Source of the DNA: Phoronis australis
Taxonomy: Eukaryota; Animalia; Phoronida
Length of the DNA stretch: 64,000 bases
Assembly: GCA_002633005.1 (NCBI GenBank)
Contig: NMRA01000349.1
Location: 248,001-312,000, forward strand
Direction of reading: 5' to 3'
A model generated the notes under the pieces. The model was not told the origin of the DNA. It was given only the letters and a program-made list of their open reading frames with translations, and made no database searches. A program made the translations under genes and the position numbers. Of the stretch, positions 26,101 through 41,100 are shown piece after piece. The first letter of the stretch is position 1. Each line of letters starts with the position of its first letter.

Positions 26101-29100
26101 GTCTATCTGAGGTGAGTGAATGAAACTGACTTAGGCTTCATGAAGACAACAAGTGCATTACGTGGTGAAAATAAAAAAATTATGTCTGAGGCGAGTGAAG
26201 CAGACTGACTCAGTCTTCATGAAGACAACCAGTTTGTGCATTATGAGAAGAAGCAATATGTCTGCCTAACATAAGTGAAAGAGACTGGCCCATCTCTGTG
26301 ATGGTCGAAAGTGTTTGCTTCATGGTGAAAAAGACAATTTTTTTCGTGACGTTTATAAAGACATGTAGCTGCTTCACTTTGCTCTGTCTAAAAGACTAAA
26401 AACAATTAAAATCAAAATCGGTCTCGTAATATTCCTTACCACGATGGTATTCCATTTTAATTGTAACCGACTTAAGTCACAGGCAGTGCGTACCACCCTA
26501 ATAAACTATGAAGCATTCTAGTGAGTCACTGAGGGTTTCAAAGTACTAGTTGGTAACAGATTTAGAGTCTTATTACATCAAGGAATATTATGAGATAAAT
26601 TGTAGTGTAAAAGGCCCAATTCGATTTTTGTTTTTAGCCAGTTGCAGATAAATAGGGCGAAATACAGCTTTCAATATTTGATGAACAAAGAAGCAAGATA
26701 TGGCTTGCATAAATTTTCATTGAATATTACTATTTATGTCATGTCTGGTTATAAAAAAAAATATGTCCATAATTTTTATGCGCCCACATATTTATATGTG
26801 CACGCATTATGCCGTCATCTCCGGCCGTCCGTCCATCTGGGTGGCGTCTGTCCGGCGTCTGGTGTCCGCTGCTCTATCTCCAAAACCCTTTGACATACGT
26901 TCATGAAATTTGGCACATGTGTTCCATTCATGAATGGGACGGCATGAGCGAACTTTCGGACAGATCCAACTAATGGTGTGCCCCCCAGTGGCAATTTTAG
27001 TTTTTTACGCTTACCTTTGCATCTTCAAAAGTCCTGAACGGATTTTTATGAAATTTGGTATTTAGGCACCTTTTAGTGAGATGACGCTATCCTCCTGTTT
27101 TCAGATGGATTTGACGTAGTTTACGCCACCTAGTGGTCATTTTTACTGTTTTCGAGTCTGTTGTTTTGCATCCAACCCTCTATCAACCAAACCGCTCAAA
27201 GGATGATTGTGAAAATTGGCATGTATGTGTTTACTATGTAGAGGACGGTAAACGATGATTTTCCAACGATTTCGACTGCTGTGGTGCCTCCTAGTGGCAG
27301 TTTTTTTTTTTTTTTGCACCTATAGCTGTATCTTCTTAACCGTTCGTAGGATCTTTACGAAATTTAGTAACTTAAGTATATTTACATGATGTTAACAACG
27401 GACGACGACGACTTTTGGACGGATCCGACTACCGGTGTGCCCCCTAGTGCCAATTTTATTTTTTTTTACGTTTACCTTTGTATCTTCAAATGTCCATAAC
27501 GGATTTTCATGAAATTTGATATGTAGACACCTATTAGTGAAATGACGCTATCCTCCCATTTTCGGTTAGATTTGACGTAGTTTGCACCACCTAGTGGCCA
27601 TTTTTACTGTTTTTTTTGCATCCACCCCTCTATCAACCAAACCGCTCAAAGGGTGATTGTGAAAATTGGCATTGTGCTTACTATGAAGAGGGCGGTTGAC
27701 GATGATTTTCCGGTGATTTCGACTACTGTGGAGCCTCCTAGTGGCAGTTTTGTTTATGTTGCTCCTATGGCTGTATCTCCTAAACCGGTCGCAGGATCTT
27801 AACTTAATTTAGCAAGTGTATTTATATGATTTTGACTACGGATGACGATGACATCTGACTACTGCTGTGCCCCCTAGTGGTAATTTTAGTTTTTTTACTT
27901 TTAACAAAGGTCCTCAACAGATTTTCATAACATTTTTAATATAGGCATCTATTGGTGTGTTGAGGCTATCTTCCTGTTTTTGAATGGAATCGAGGTATTT
28001 TGCTGTTTTCAGATCTTGTTTTTGGCGTCCACCCCTGTATCAACCAAATCATTTGAAAATTGGCATATTATGTTCTCAGTGTGAAGATGACCTTTGATGA
28101 TGGTGACTGACTACTGTGGCGCCTCCTAGTGGTAGTTTTGTTTTGCACCTATAGTTGTATCTCCTAAACCCACTGCAGGATCTTTACTAAATTTAGTAAG
28201 TGTATTTATATGAAAAAAACAACAGAATACGACTTTCAGGCGGATCCAACGGACACTGTGCCCACTAGTGGTAATTTCATTTTATTCTGTTTTCCTTTAT
28301 TTCTCTGAATTTCCTTGACAGATTTTTATGAAATATGGCATATTCCTGTTTTTGGATGGATAGTATGTTTTTGCGCCATCTAGTGGCCATTTTTATGATA
28401 CAAATATGTGACCCTAAAAGCACACCATTTGCAATGCATTCGTGGCATGCTATGAACAGTCCCACTAAATAAGATTGGTCCTAACCCCGCTCGTCAAGGT
28501 AAACGGTGGGGTATGGAAAATTGAACTAGACCGTATTTATCCACCTTGGCTGAGTCGCGCTCAGCTCACGATCAAACGGGATGCCACCAAGCTGCTCTAT
28601 TCATCGAGTCACGAGGGAGGATAATTGGCTTCGCTCATGCGGATATGATCAGCTGATTACAATCTACTTAGCAGACTGTACTTTTTATGGAGAGAGTTAC
28701 AAGTAGTTTTTACTGTAATATTTGAAAAGAGGAGCGAAAACAAATATGACTACAACTTTGAATTTTTCAAATCAGCCCAGAATAAGAGATTTTGCAACAC
28801 AGCAACACTCACGATTACTTTCAATCGAACAAAAATATAGGACCCAAGTTATTTAGATTTTGAAACACATGCATTGCAATATTCAAAATACGTTTATTAT
28901 GAATCTTACAAGCTGTAAAACGACGTTGTTTAATTTCATTGTGCTCATTCATTGTCATCCGTCAAATCGGCAATTTCCGAGATGTGATCTGTGGCGTGCG
29001 CGTATGTGTACAAAACACGTGATTGTTATGTTCCTGAAGTACGAAAATTAAGAAACTTTAGCATGCCGTTATTATTGACAGGGACACGATAAAACGAATT

Positions 29101-32100
29101 TGGATTTTGACTATAGTCTTGATACAGCGAGCTTGCTGACCACTGCGTCAGTGTCTCCGTTAGACCCCGAAATTTCACACAGCCTGGGTAGTTCACTTCG
29201 TTCCCAACATGTAGATCAATACTCCACGGTAGAGCTAACGACCATCGGCCTGTGCACACAAAATCTGTGAGTTAACCAGCACTCACCTTGCACGTTGCAT
29301 CCGTTTAAATGAAAAAACAATCTAGTAAACACCATTTTCCTGCATAATCCTCCGCCTTTTGTAACAAAAAAGTCTATCGTCGATGACCCACACACGCACG
29401 CTCCGGCACTCACTCTCTTACGCAGACGAACTTCAAAACAAACGTCACGTGACAACAACATGTGTGTTCATCCAGAGATTTTTCTCGTGTTGTGGGGTAC
29501 GATGTAGCGCAGATTTGCACTTAATCGCAATTAATCTGGAATCCACATGAACTTTAAAAATTGTAGAACATAAGGAAGATTTCAGGTAATTTGTTGAGTC
29601 GAAACTATATTTTTATTCAAGAGTTCAAGTTTTCCTATTGACGATGGCGATTCAGCGACGCATCAGTCGGCAAGTTTTCGCCCTGTGATGAGCACAACTT
29701 TTTGAAAAATTATCGTAATTTAACAACGGAAGTTCGTAGCAATGCACCACAATTTTGTAGAAAGACTGTCATAGGCTAAAAATATGTCACAGAGCATAAA
29801 TTTTATGAATCCTAGCTTCCGATTTTACCCATTTGGGAAACCGGCTTTCAACTGCCGTAGGCTACAATAAGAATCCCCTCCCCGTGAAATTTTCTAAGCG
29901 TTTATTAGAGCCAATACAGTACACAGCTTTCCACCAAGGCTAGGTGATGCTAGGACATTATTCTTTGTTGCATTAGTAACTGGTCTTGGCTAATTATCAT
30001 TTTATGGCCTGGTCATCCATTCAGCCAAAAGTGGTTCTAGAGGTGGCTTATCAGCCAATTATTCACGCATGCTGACTCACAATAGAAGCCTGATCAGAGT
30101 GAAGGTGGATAAATGCGGTGTTCCTACAGTTTCTTGTGCTAGTGGATGTGTTCACGACATGGGGCGCATTTCAACGCTCCGCATTGCTCTTGTCAAATTA
30201 ACTTAGACGTACCTTTTTTTTGCACGGAAACCATTATTTAAAAGTGTTTTGGACTCCCAATTGACATGTTAACTTTCTTACATCTACTTGTCGGAAGTCA
30301 GTATCGCACAATAGCTCGATGACTGTTTGAAAGTCAGGATACAAAATATTGGGCTGTGAAAAGGCTCGAAATAGATAATACTTTCAAATACACATGGGTT
30401 AACAGTTGAACAAACAAGTTAGTTTGCAAACAGACAGGTTACTTAGTTAAGTTTTGACACAGAAAGGTTATTTAGAGAACGAACAAGTTACTTGCGCTGA
30501 ACAGACATGTTACTAAAGTACTTGTCGAATGAACATGTCAGTTCTAACAAACAGACTGGTTAGACGTCGAATGAACAAGTTGGTATTGCCAAACAGATGT
30601 AGTAGCGAAACAGACAGGACAGAAGGCGCTGTCACAATTCAAGAAATAGTTAACGTCACTAAGTCATTGGATATCATGAGCTCAGTAATGAGCACAAAAA
30701 TTCCACAAACTTCTTTTTGATGGTCTTCAGTGAAGAATTTCCTTCATAAGGCTGTTCTCAATTTGTCATCAAGCTCTCAATGTAATCCTGATGCGTTTGC
30801 CTCTTGAAATGAAGGTTGATAAATTTATCAACCTTCATTTCAAGAGGCAAACACATACACGTCTTCAAAGCTTGGTTCAGTCACGCTGCTCAAATAATTG
30901 TCACTCCATAATTGAAGTGAAATTGTTCATTAAGACATGCAATTACGGTTGATCTTGTTTATAGCTATTTTGTGATTGCATTTTATTGGTATATCTTGCC
31001 ATTTTAATGATAGTCTGAAGATGACATCTTTAGCACTCGAAGGATTTCACCTCATCTTTACGTCTAGTCTTCATCAAAATTTGACAAAATATGAAATTTA
31101 GTTATCTAATTTTGTATTCGCTGTGCTGCAGCAATTTTAGTTTTTCGTACTGTATATACTTGACATTTTTATTTCAGATTTTAAAAAGCATCTGTCACTT
31201 CCTCCAGTCCTTAAACCCTTAGACGTACTTACTAGTGAATTCTTGATTACTGAGAGTTGTGAATTCTTGCCTTAATTAAAACACTGCACAAACATTGATA
31301 ATCACAAACTCAACATTTTTTGTTAAAAAGCATATTAATCTGAACTTTTGTTTTCGAAAAACACAAATGCACGGTCAAGTTTATATTTGAACTTTATACT
31401 CTAACTGCCAAACAGGAAACCATTTCTCAGATTTTGTCTACACTCTAGCAAAGGAGAAATCAGCCATCAAAATCTTTCAAACAGCATCCCAAGAGATTTT
31501 GTTTTTGATGGCTTATATCTCCCGACCATTATTTTAAGGACAATCAAAAATCTATCTGAGTCTCAGTGTTACTGGCCATAAACCACAAGATGAGTGTAAA
31601 TTTTTATTTGAATCATCCCATGTTATAAAGAGAAATCCGTGTTCAAAATTATCTACTGACACGATTGAAATCCAGAAGACCTAAAAATGTCCAGTATGCT
31701 ATTGAAATCCATTTGAATTTCATATAAAACAATGACATACTTTGTTGTGCGCAAATCATGTGTTTAAAGAAATATTGTGTGTAATAATGGAAAATAAATT
31801 AAAGTGTGTTTCATACAATATGTTAATGTTGCATTTGTCAACAGAAGTTTTCTGAAGGTTTACAATAACCTTAAATTTTTAAATCTTTCTTGTAAGGGAG
31901 CTTGTAGTACCCCTCGTTGTTTGACATTTGATTGTACTAAACTCTTTCCCATTGTCTTTCCCAGCTTCTTCAGGCAGCCAAGGCTGATGCTGAAGAGAAG
32001 GCTAAGGAGCAACAGGATCTTGAGAAGGCACAAGCAGCTAGCTTCAGCTTACTGTTTGATGAGTTCCAAGGTAACGTTTGTTCATGGAGGGTTTGTAGAC

Positions 32101-35100
32101 ACCTTGAGAAGGCACAAACAGCTAGCTTTAGTTTACTGTTTGATGAGTTCCAAGGTAACGTTTGTTCATGGAGGGTTTATAGACACCTTGAGGAGGCACA
32201 AAACTGCTAGCTTTAGTTTACTGTTTGAGGAGTTCCAAGGTAAGGTTTGTTCGTGGAGTGTTTGTAGTGCATCTTGAGAACGTGAAAACAGCTAGCTTCA
32301 GTTTACTGTTTGATGAGATCCAATGTGAGGCTTGCTCATGGACAGTTTGTAGAGCACGCAGGGATATACCTGGACGTCAAGTTTTTATGTGCCCACATAT
32401 TTGTATCTGGGTGCATATTGCCGTCATCTCTGTTTGGGCGTCCGTGTGTCTGGCATCCGCGGCTGTATCTCCTAAACCTCTAGAGGATCTTAATAAATTT
32501 GGCAGGTGTGTTCCTATGGGGTTGTCGACTGAGGGTGAAGAGTTTGGGACCGACCCGAGTACCGCTGTGCCCCCTAGTGGCAATTTTAATTTTGTGCATT
32601 TGCCTCTGTATCTGCAAAGGTCTTCAACCGATTTTCATGAAATTTCATTGGTACTTAGGCATCTATTAATGAGGTGAAGCTATCATCCGGTTTTCGGATG
32701 GATTCGAGGCATTTTCCGCCATCTAGTGGCCATTTTTATGCGCCCACATATTTATATGTGGACGCATTATGCCGTCATCTCTGTCCGTCCGTCCGTCCGT
32801 CCGTCCATCCGTCCGGGCGGCGTCCGTCCGGCGTCCGCTGCTCTATCTCCAAAACCCTTTGACATACGTTCATGAAATTTGGCACATATGTTCCATTCAT
32901 AAATGGGACGGCATGTGCGAACTTTCGGACGGATCCGACTACCGGTGTGCCCCCTAGTGGCAATTTTAGTTTTTTACGCTTACCTTTGTATCTTCAAAAG
33001 TCCTGAANNNNNNNNNNNNNNNNNNNNNNNNNNNNNNNNNNNNNNNNNNNNNNNNNNNNNNNNNNNNNNNNNNNNNNNNNNNNNNNNNNNNNNNNNNNNN
33101 NNNNNNNNNNNNNNNNNNNNNNNNNNNNNNNNNNNNNNNNNNNNNNNNNNNNNNNNNNNNNNNNNNNNNNNNNNNNNNNNNNNNNNNNNNNNNNNNNNNN
33201 NNNNNNNNNNNNNNNNNNNNNNNNNNNNNNNNNNNNNNNNNNNNNNNNNNNNNNNNNNNNNNNNNNNNNNNNNNNNNNNNNNNNNNNNNNNNNNNNNNNN
33301 NNNNNNNNNNNNNNNNNNNNNNNNNNNNNNNNNNNNNNNNNNNNNNNNNNNNNNNNNNNNNNNNNNNNNNNNNNNNNNNNNNNNNNNNNNNNNNNNNNNN
33401 NNNNNNNNNNNNNNNNNNNNNNNNNNNNNNNNNNNNNNNNNNNNNNNNNNNNNNNNNNNNNNNNNNNNNNNNNNNNNNNNNNNNNNNNNNNNNNNNNNNN
33501 NNNNNNNNNNNNNNNNNNNNNNNNNNNNNNNNNNNNNNNNNNNNNNNNNNNNNNNNNNNNNNNNNNNNNNNNNNNNNNNNNNNNNNNNNNNNNNNNNNNN
33601 NNNNNNNNNNNNNNNNNNNNNNNNNNNNNNNNNNNNNNNNNNNNNNNNNNNNNNNNNNNNNNNNNNNNNNNNNNNNNNNNNNNNNNNNNNNNNNNNNNNN
33701 NNNNNNNNNNNNNNNNNNNNNNNNNNNNNNNNNNNNNNNNNNNNNNNNNNNNNNNNNNNNNNNNNNNNNNNNNNNNNNNNNNNNNNNNNNNNNNNNNNNN
33801 NNNNNNNNNNNNNNNNNNNNNNNNNNNNNNNNNNNNNNNNNNNNNNNNNNNNNNNNNNNNNNNNNNNNNNNNNNNNNNNNNNNNNNNNNNNNNNNNNNNN
33901 NNNNNNNNNNNNNNNNNNNNNNNNNNNNNNNNNNNNNNNNTATGTTTCTGTGGTGCTTTAAGCAACTGGTGTATAGGATGTGCTTGTATTATGAAGATTA
34001 CTCACATTTTGCCCCTAGCCTATTGAGGAGACAATGACCATGCCTTTCCATTTTGCAAAGTATGCCCTCTACTGGCCACTTTATGGTACCAATAAACAAC
34101 CCTAGAAGGATACCGTATGCGGTGCAATTGTGTGCGCATTTCAACGCTCCGCGTTGCTCTTGTTACTATTTTCAAGTCCTTTTGTTGGCCCCCTGTCAAC
34201 CAAACCACTCAAAGGATGATTGCGAAAATTGGCGTGCGTGTTCTTACTCTGAGGAGGACGGTTGACGATGATTTTCCGATGACTTTGACTACTGTGGCAC
34301 CTCCTAGTGTAAGTTTTGTTTGGTTTTGCGCCCATGGCTGTATCTCCTAAACGCTCTACAGGATCTTTATTAAATGTAACAGATGTGTTTATATGACGTT
34401 GACAACAAACGACGACGACTTTCGGACAGATCGGACTACAGGTGTGCCCCCTAGTGGCAATTTTATGTTTTTTACGTTTACCTCTTTATCTTCAAAGGTC
34501 CTCAATGGATTTCTATAAAATTTGGCACAAGCACGCTTCACGGAACACGGCCTGAAGTGCACCAATTTCCGTGAAAAAAAACTTTCCATCTGCACGCTAC
34601 ATTAGAAAAGAACAAAAATATCGGATAGCAGAGACACTGAAAGTTTTCCTGTTGCAGTCTGTATAATGGTGATCTTTAAGTGCCTTCAAAAAATCTTTTC
34701 CGTGAAATTGCTATTTCATGATTTCATAATTATGCAGTCAGCACTTGAATCTGATTAACGTACATACACCGATGGTTCCCTGCATGTCGCTAGATGGCAC
34801 CAGCGAGAGTACGTCCATAGACCGATGGTCGTACCCAAAATAAAGTTTATCAATATACTTCAACCTAGGTACGGTGTCCAAAAAGAGAGGCCTCGACAAA
34901 AAAGTTTTGGGTAGTCCTGGAAACCTGAAACTTATTGGTGTATATATTAAGATGTTTCCCAGCCTAAACATCAGGTTGAGTTGTCAATGAGTTCACAGTG
35001 AAGTTATGTTAATCCCATTTGACGTTTTCTGAGTAATATTTTTAGATTCAGTGTAACTAAAAGTATGCAGGTGATGAATTTGGTATCGGAAAGAGCAGAC

Positions 35101-38100
35101 AATGTTGTATTATTTTGCTTATTTTTGGTTAAGTTCTATTGCAGGAAACTGAAATATTTGACTCTAAATGTGACCCGACTTCCACTTGTAGGACTGGAAT
35201 TGTGGCGGTGTCACACTGAGTCGCAACCCCGTCATATTGGAAATGGGTCAGAATGTTGCATTGGTATCATTAAGTAAACAAATATGTCAGCAAGCGAATA
35301 GGAGAAGTGGTCACAGGAAGCTTATGTGTTGTATGCCTGGCTCCTTTAATAACATCGAGATAAAAGATTAGCTGTACTAACGAATTCCCGAGGATCAAGA
35401 TCTTCGTTAAAATGAATCCAAAACAATGGGTATAACTGAGAACAAAGGGCGGTTCAGTGAATTTGCTTCAGAGTACCTCGGGGCTTGAAGTAGGCAGCGC
35501 TCATGATTTTGGAACATATAAGAAAATTTATCCCTATAAGAAATAACAACAAGCACTCCACGGTTGACGGAGGATTGTGAAAAAAAGATGTTTTTTGCTT
35601 CATCAAAACACAGAAGACCTGAGCATTCTCCCCATTGATTCTGCGTCTGGGACCAGGAAAGTGAAACCGGATACCAGAGTGACTGCAGTTCTGACCTGCG
35701 AGCACAGCTAGATGGCAATGATATTGTTAAGAAAAGTAACAAAATTATTGACAGTATGAGGTCAAGAATAAGTGAACTAGAGGAGAAGTTCTCGAATGTG
35801 AAAAATTTTTGGATGTAAACAAGAGCTATATCGCACTGCCAAAAAATTGGGTTAAGAAATGAATAACTGGCAAAGAATATATTATCATCTGCTTATTAAG
35901 CTAGAGTTAAAATGTGAGAAGTGGGTTAGACGGAATAAAAAACAAAATTGAAATAATTCATTCCACACCGGTTTCAACCAATTAAGGTCATTTTATGTAA
36001 CTATTGTTGGTTATTAGAAAGATTTCATGGCATATATATGTGCACAAACAGATTTAATAACGTCATGGGTAAAAGTAACATTAAGCAGTGAGCCAGAACC
36101 CTGAGGCTTCTTATTCACACTAAATCCAGGCCAACCTAGCTGGTAAAGACAACATATTTCCAGTGCTGAAAAATTAAGTGTAAAAAGCCGTGCCGTGCCA
36201 AACACTCGTGTGTTTCCAGAAAAAAGATGAGCGGACAAAAACAGCGTCACTCCTCCCAACAAGGGTTTTTCCGCACCCCTTTAACAAGAAGGTGGTTATC
36301 ATATAATTAACCAGCGATTTTCTGTTTTGTATTCCGTGCCTGCTATGTTCCGTCTCTGCTATGTTCCGTCCTTTTTTATTGCGTTATTGCAGTCATATTT
36401 GTATGTCCGGCATCGGCAGCTTGCTGTATCTCTTAAACTCCTCACAGGATCTTGATGAGATTTGGCAGATGTGTTCCTGTGAAGCTGACGACAGATGACG
36501 ACAAATTTCGGACCTGTCCAACTACTGGTGTGCCCCCTAGTGGCAATTTTATTTTTTTACGCTTACCTCAGAGTCTGTATCTTCGCAGGTCTTCAACAGA
36601 TTTTCATAAAATTTGGTAGTTAGGCATCTATTAGTGAGATGATGCTATCCTCTTGTTTTCGCACGGATTCGAGGTATTTTGCGACACCTAGTGGCCGTTT
36701 TTGCTGTTTTTGAATGTTTTTGGCATCCACCCCTCTTCCAACCAAACCATTGTACAGCACACATCACGAATTTATGTCCGACCGGTCGGACATTGGTCGA
36801 CGGTAGTCTAGCCGACCAGCAGCCAACCAACAACGGTCGGCTAAGAGCCGTCTGCTGAGTCGCCTCTGTGGTCAGCACTTGGGTCGCCTAGCGTAGACGA
36901 CCAATTCGGATTAAACGTGTCCTTGGTCGGCAATTACCATTTTATTACTTACCGGGTGAACTTTGGCCAAACAAACATTTAAATGTTCGCTGTTCGTTCA
37001 CCAGTGGCAACTCCGGTCTTGACATCAGTTTATCAACTTTTGTTAGAACTATTGAAAGGAGGTAAAATCGAATCAACCTACAAATACAAAGTGCATGACA
37101 TTACACCAGCCTAAAACTTTATGTTGAATTAATGACGGCGTGGTAAAATCAAACGTTAAGTGATATCGCGGAAGCATAATTTCTAACTTTAGATATGAGA
37201 CTTCTTATACAGTACATTATGCATAAAAAACAAGCACGAAATTTGAAATTTTACAGTAAAATTGCATAAAAATCAGAATACAACGCTGGATGTTTCACGA
37301 CCTCAAGTGTTTTCATGCCGCGGAATGCTTGACAAGCAGCACGCATTTGCGCTCATCCGTTATTGCTCTTGATCCTCACTTTATCACGCTGTATATTGCG
37401 CTTTACCACAGATAATTATTGTTTATTTCTGTATAATTTCTTAATATGTTGGTACAGCAATAGAACCCAAGTTTATTTTAGGAACAACATAAACAATGGT
37501 TTGAACATAGCGCCGATATTAAGATCATGGGCGCATGAAAATGGTAGAATGTGATCGGTTTATGGTGTCATCCATCGTCCATCATCATTCTGAATTTGTT
37601 GTCACTTTCGCGGTTAAAAAATCGTTTCGAAGCTAGAGCCTCCCTATCTAGCCAGCTAGCTGTATGAAGACTATTTTCAAAATACAGCAAGGTGCCACTG
37701 TGTATTGAGCTCAAACAGACCTCGAAATTTCACACAGCCCGGATAGTTACGCTCGTTACCTCTTCGTGAAGCTTGTATCAACATGAGCTAAAGACCGGCG
37801 GGTGTGCATGCAAAATCTGGAAGTCAGTTGGCATTCAACTTACCCGTTTTGGCCGTTTAAGCGAAAAACATCCAACGTCATCTTCTTGTGGAGTGCCTTT
37901 TGAAACGAATGTTGTCGTTTTGAAAAGAGTACATTCGTGACACGCGCCACTTCCAAAATGTTTTCGACATGTCCCATTAGATGATGGCAACATCTCAACA
38001 ATACTGATATCAAAATTCCAAAAACATATAATGAAGTGAAACCAATTCTGATCATTTGTTGTGACGTTTACTCAACCTCGAGGTAGAATGTTTGATTGAA

Positions 38101-41100
38101 GAATCTGGGAAAAAGGAACTGGTTAATAGGTGACACAATATTTCATTGCGTCGAAAGTCGATGCAAATGATCACATCATAACTTAAGCAGCTGAATAATT
38201 GTAGAAAATCAATTTTTGCAGGGCTGGTAAATAATTTAGATTACTCTAGGAAGATTTTATTCGGTCAGTTTTTACCCCCAACGGCGCAAATTTGTATATT
38301 TGATTTAGTAAACAGCTTCGTACCAAGGCTAAAGCCTTCCGAGCCCTTTGGCGTAACAACACAATACTTGGCGTTTCGCGTATACTCCAAGGGGTAAAAC
38401 TTTGAAAATAATATTTTCGGGGTAACTTGGTACATGTTATCCTAAAGAAAGTAGTCTGTGTTTTCATGTAGAGCTTAAAAATGATTAACCCAGTGATTCA
38501 AAAAGAACACTCTCGCAAACAAAAACGCACGCAATTTTCAGTTCTATTACACAGGTTAAAAATCAACTTCTATAAGTTTATTGCATCGATTCTAGTGATC
38601 ACCAGGGCAAGTCAAAACTCATAAGGGGACGCAATTTCAAACCTTTGGCAGGAGTCAGTGTTATAAAAATGGATTTAGACCGACGTTTATTCATCAGCAA
38701 TGTAGACACAACAGTTACAGACTCTGACTGCGTTTGTTAACGTCTTGTGGCAATGATAAAAGTAATTGTTTCTACTATGACTGATAACAAGTTTTACTCT
38801 GATGAGGTATGAGGCAATATGCATGCCTAATATGGAGATCGGCAGTTGCGAAAATATTAACTGGGTTTAATGAATCCGTTTGTTATGAACCACTGCAAAA
38901 GTATGATTACTAATTGTACATTCGAAGCACACCTCATTAGAATAAAAACATACACATGCTTGATGATCCTGGGAGTACCTCTATTACAGGCAGGAATGAA
39001 GATACATAGTTGTTAAGCCATAGAGGATAATAAGGCTTATACATAATATCACACTGAGCCATCTACACCAGGCATATACAAATGATACAATATTTCAAAA
39101 GAAGCCTCAACTACTCATTTTTCATAGTATTACTAAATCACAAACACCTAGATTTATATAAGAAGTTACATAGTACAATGCTACACAACCTGCTCTCCCA
39201 CATTTATGGAAGGCCTAAGTGGAAACATTAACGAAATACCGTAATCGTTCGGGTTAATGCCCATGCTCAGTTAACCGCCCACCCCCTACTTTAAGTGGAT
39301 TTTCGATTTAACCGCCCACTGCTCGGTTAAGCGCCCCCCTGCGATTTTTGAAGATTTCCAGCTAAGCGCCCACCTCTCGGTTAAGCGCCCATGCCTGACT
39401 TTTAAAGAATGAAGATTTAGCGCCTAGTGCTAAGGAAACGCGTGATTCCCCGACTTTTAGAAAAAGATCGATGATCACAATGAGTGCAACGACGCCGGGA
39501 CTTCGAGACGGTGGCTTAGCAATCTGAATTACAATACAGGTAACGAGTTATTGTCTTGGGTCATGAACTCACTTCAAAATATAATACTTGAACCTTTTTG
39601 TCTCTGTATTTTCTTCCCTTGTTTGCAAAGTTTAAGAACGTCACCTTCGTCAAAACCTCCACTTTCAGCGACTTTGTCTGCCGCGCTGAGTTTCCGTCTG
39701 CAGTGCCCTAGATAAAACATATATTCGAAAAAATCAGGCCAGAGAAATGTGACAATGGTTTTGCCAACCCTCCAAATTCTATTAAGATGGGAAGCTCTCG
39801 TATTTTGAACAAATCTCAAAATTCACGGAAAGATGTCAAATTCTCAATATTTTGATAAATATAACTGCCGGGTTGTAGAGGATGTTGGGCGACGGAAGGG
39901 AGAGTACAAGTGCCTTACTGGGTTACCGATTTCGTTGCTGCCTGTCGATTTCTGAATTCAAACGTTGGTAATAATGTATGTTTGTGTATGATCTTGAAGT
40001 AATAAAAAACGGCTAGTCAAATTTTGTTTTCGCTTATTGCATCTCAGTCAAACTGGTTAGCAGATTTAACTAATGTCGCTGGCTGTTCTTTACTATTTCT
40101 TGCGTCAGCCCCCACGTAAGCGTGACTGTGTGAATTATCATTTCCACAGTCCCCTTTTTAGCCATCCAGAATAATTTTGTTTATACATTGGCCATTTTCA
40201 GCCTGAACAAAAATTCTTACCATTCGAGTAAGAAATATCTACGACGTAGACTGCTTGACGATAGTGGGTAGGAGATTCACGCAGCTAGTTACAGGGACGG
40301 GCTTAGGGAGCATCGAGCAGGGAAATATGGGAATAGACTTGACATCGCAGTTTTGGGGAACACTGGCAATGGAGGAATATCGTAAAGAACTGGGTCTTTC
40401 GTAACAACAGCTTAAAAGTACATAGTCACACCCGTTTTTGTTACTTCGGACTGTCGCTATGTGTGACTGATTTGTAGTGGTGCACGTGCGCAAGTTCCCA
40501 CACTTTGGAGTGCATGTTACCTTGACACCAACATGTGATTGACAGGTGACTCACACGTAGGCCCAATGTGTGTACTGAATACGGCCACTATCTTTGGCCA
40601 TAAAAAACGAAATGCATATCGAAAGAGGCCATTATATTACTTGATGGCATTTCCAAGTCACGATTGTCAGCCTACTGAGACATTGCGCGATAACAGCGGG
40701 ACCGAACAGGGCCTCAGTGCGATATTACAAGTGATATAAATAGGATAATCTGGACATCTTGCATGAAAAATAAATGTTTTTCCACCACGAAGTTTGGTAA
40801 GATGATCATTTAAGAATAATGAATTGAAACATTGCTGTTTTCTGACGTTTTGTAACATATTTATGCAGTTGCTCGAAATTTTATTCTTGATCGACGACTG
40901 GCTCGACCACCCCCGATCATTGTCTTACTTCTTTGCATAGCATGTTTGGCGCAACGGCAAGAGAGCAATGCCAGGCTGTCGAGATAAGACAGCTAGCCCC
41001 AGAACCATACGTGGAGTGTCGACTATAACATCCCAAACACAAAAAAACAGCAGAGTTAAGCTTTTCAAACTTTTATTACAACCAATTTTAAAACTGCTCT

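Noticed and set aside
26900-28400. Regularly spaced conserved motif resembling a CRISPR array
   Set aside because: The spacers are homologous to each other in a ~450-bp higher-order repeat. The context is eukaryotic and there are no cas genes.
32903-33965. Two long ORFs (352 and 323 aa) in the track
   Set aside because: Artefacts of translating the N gap.
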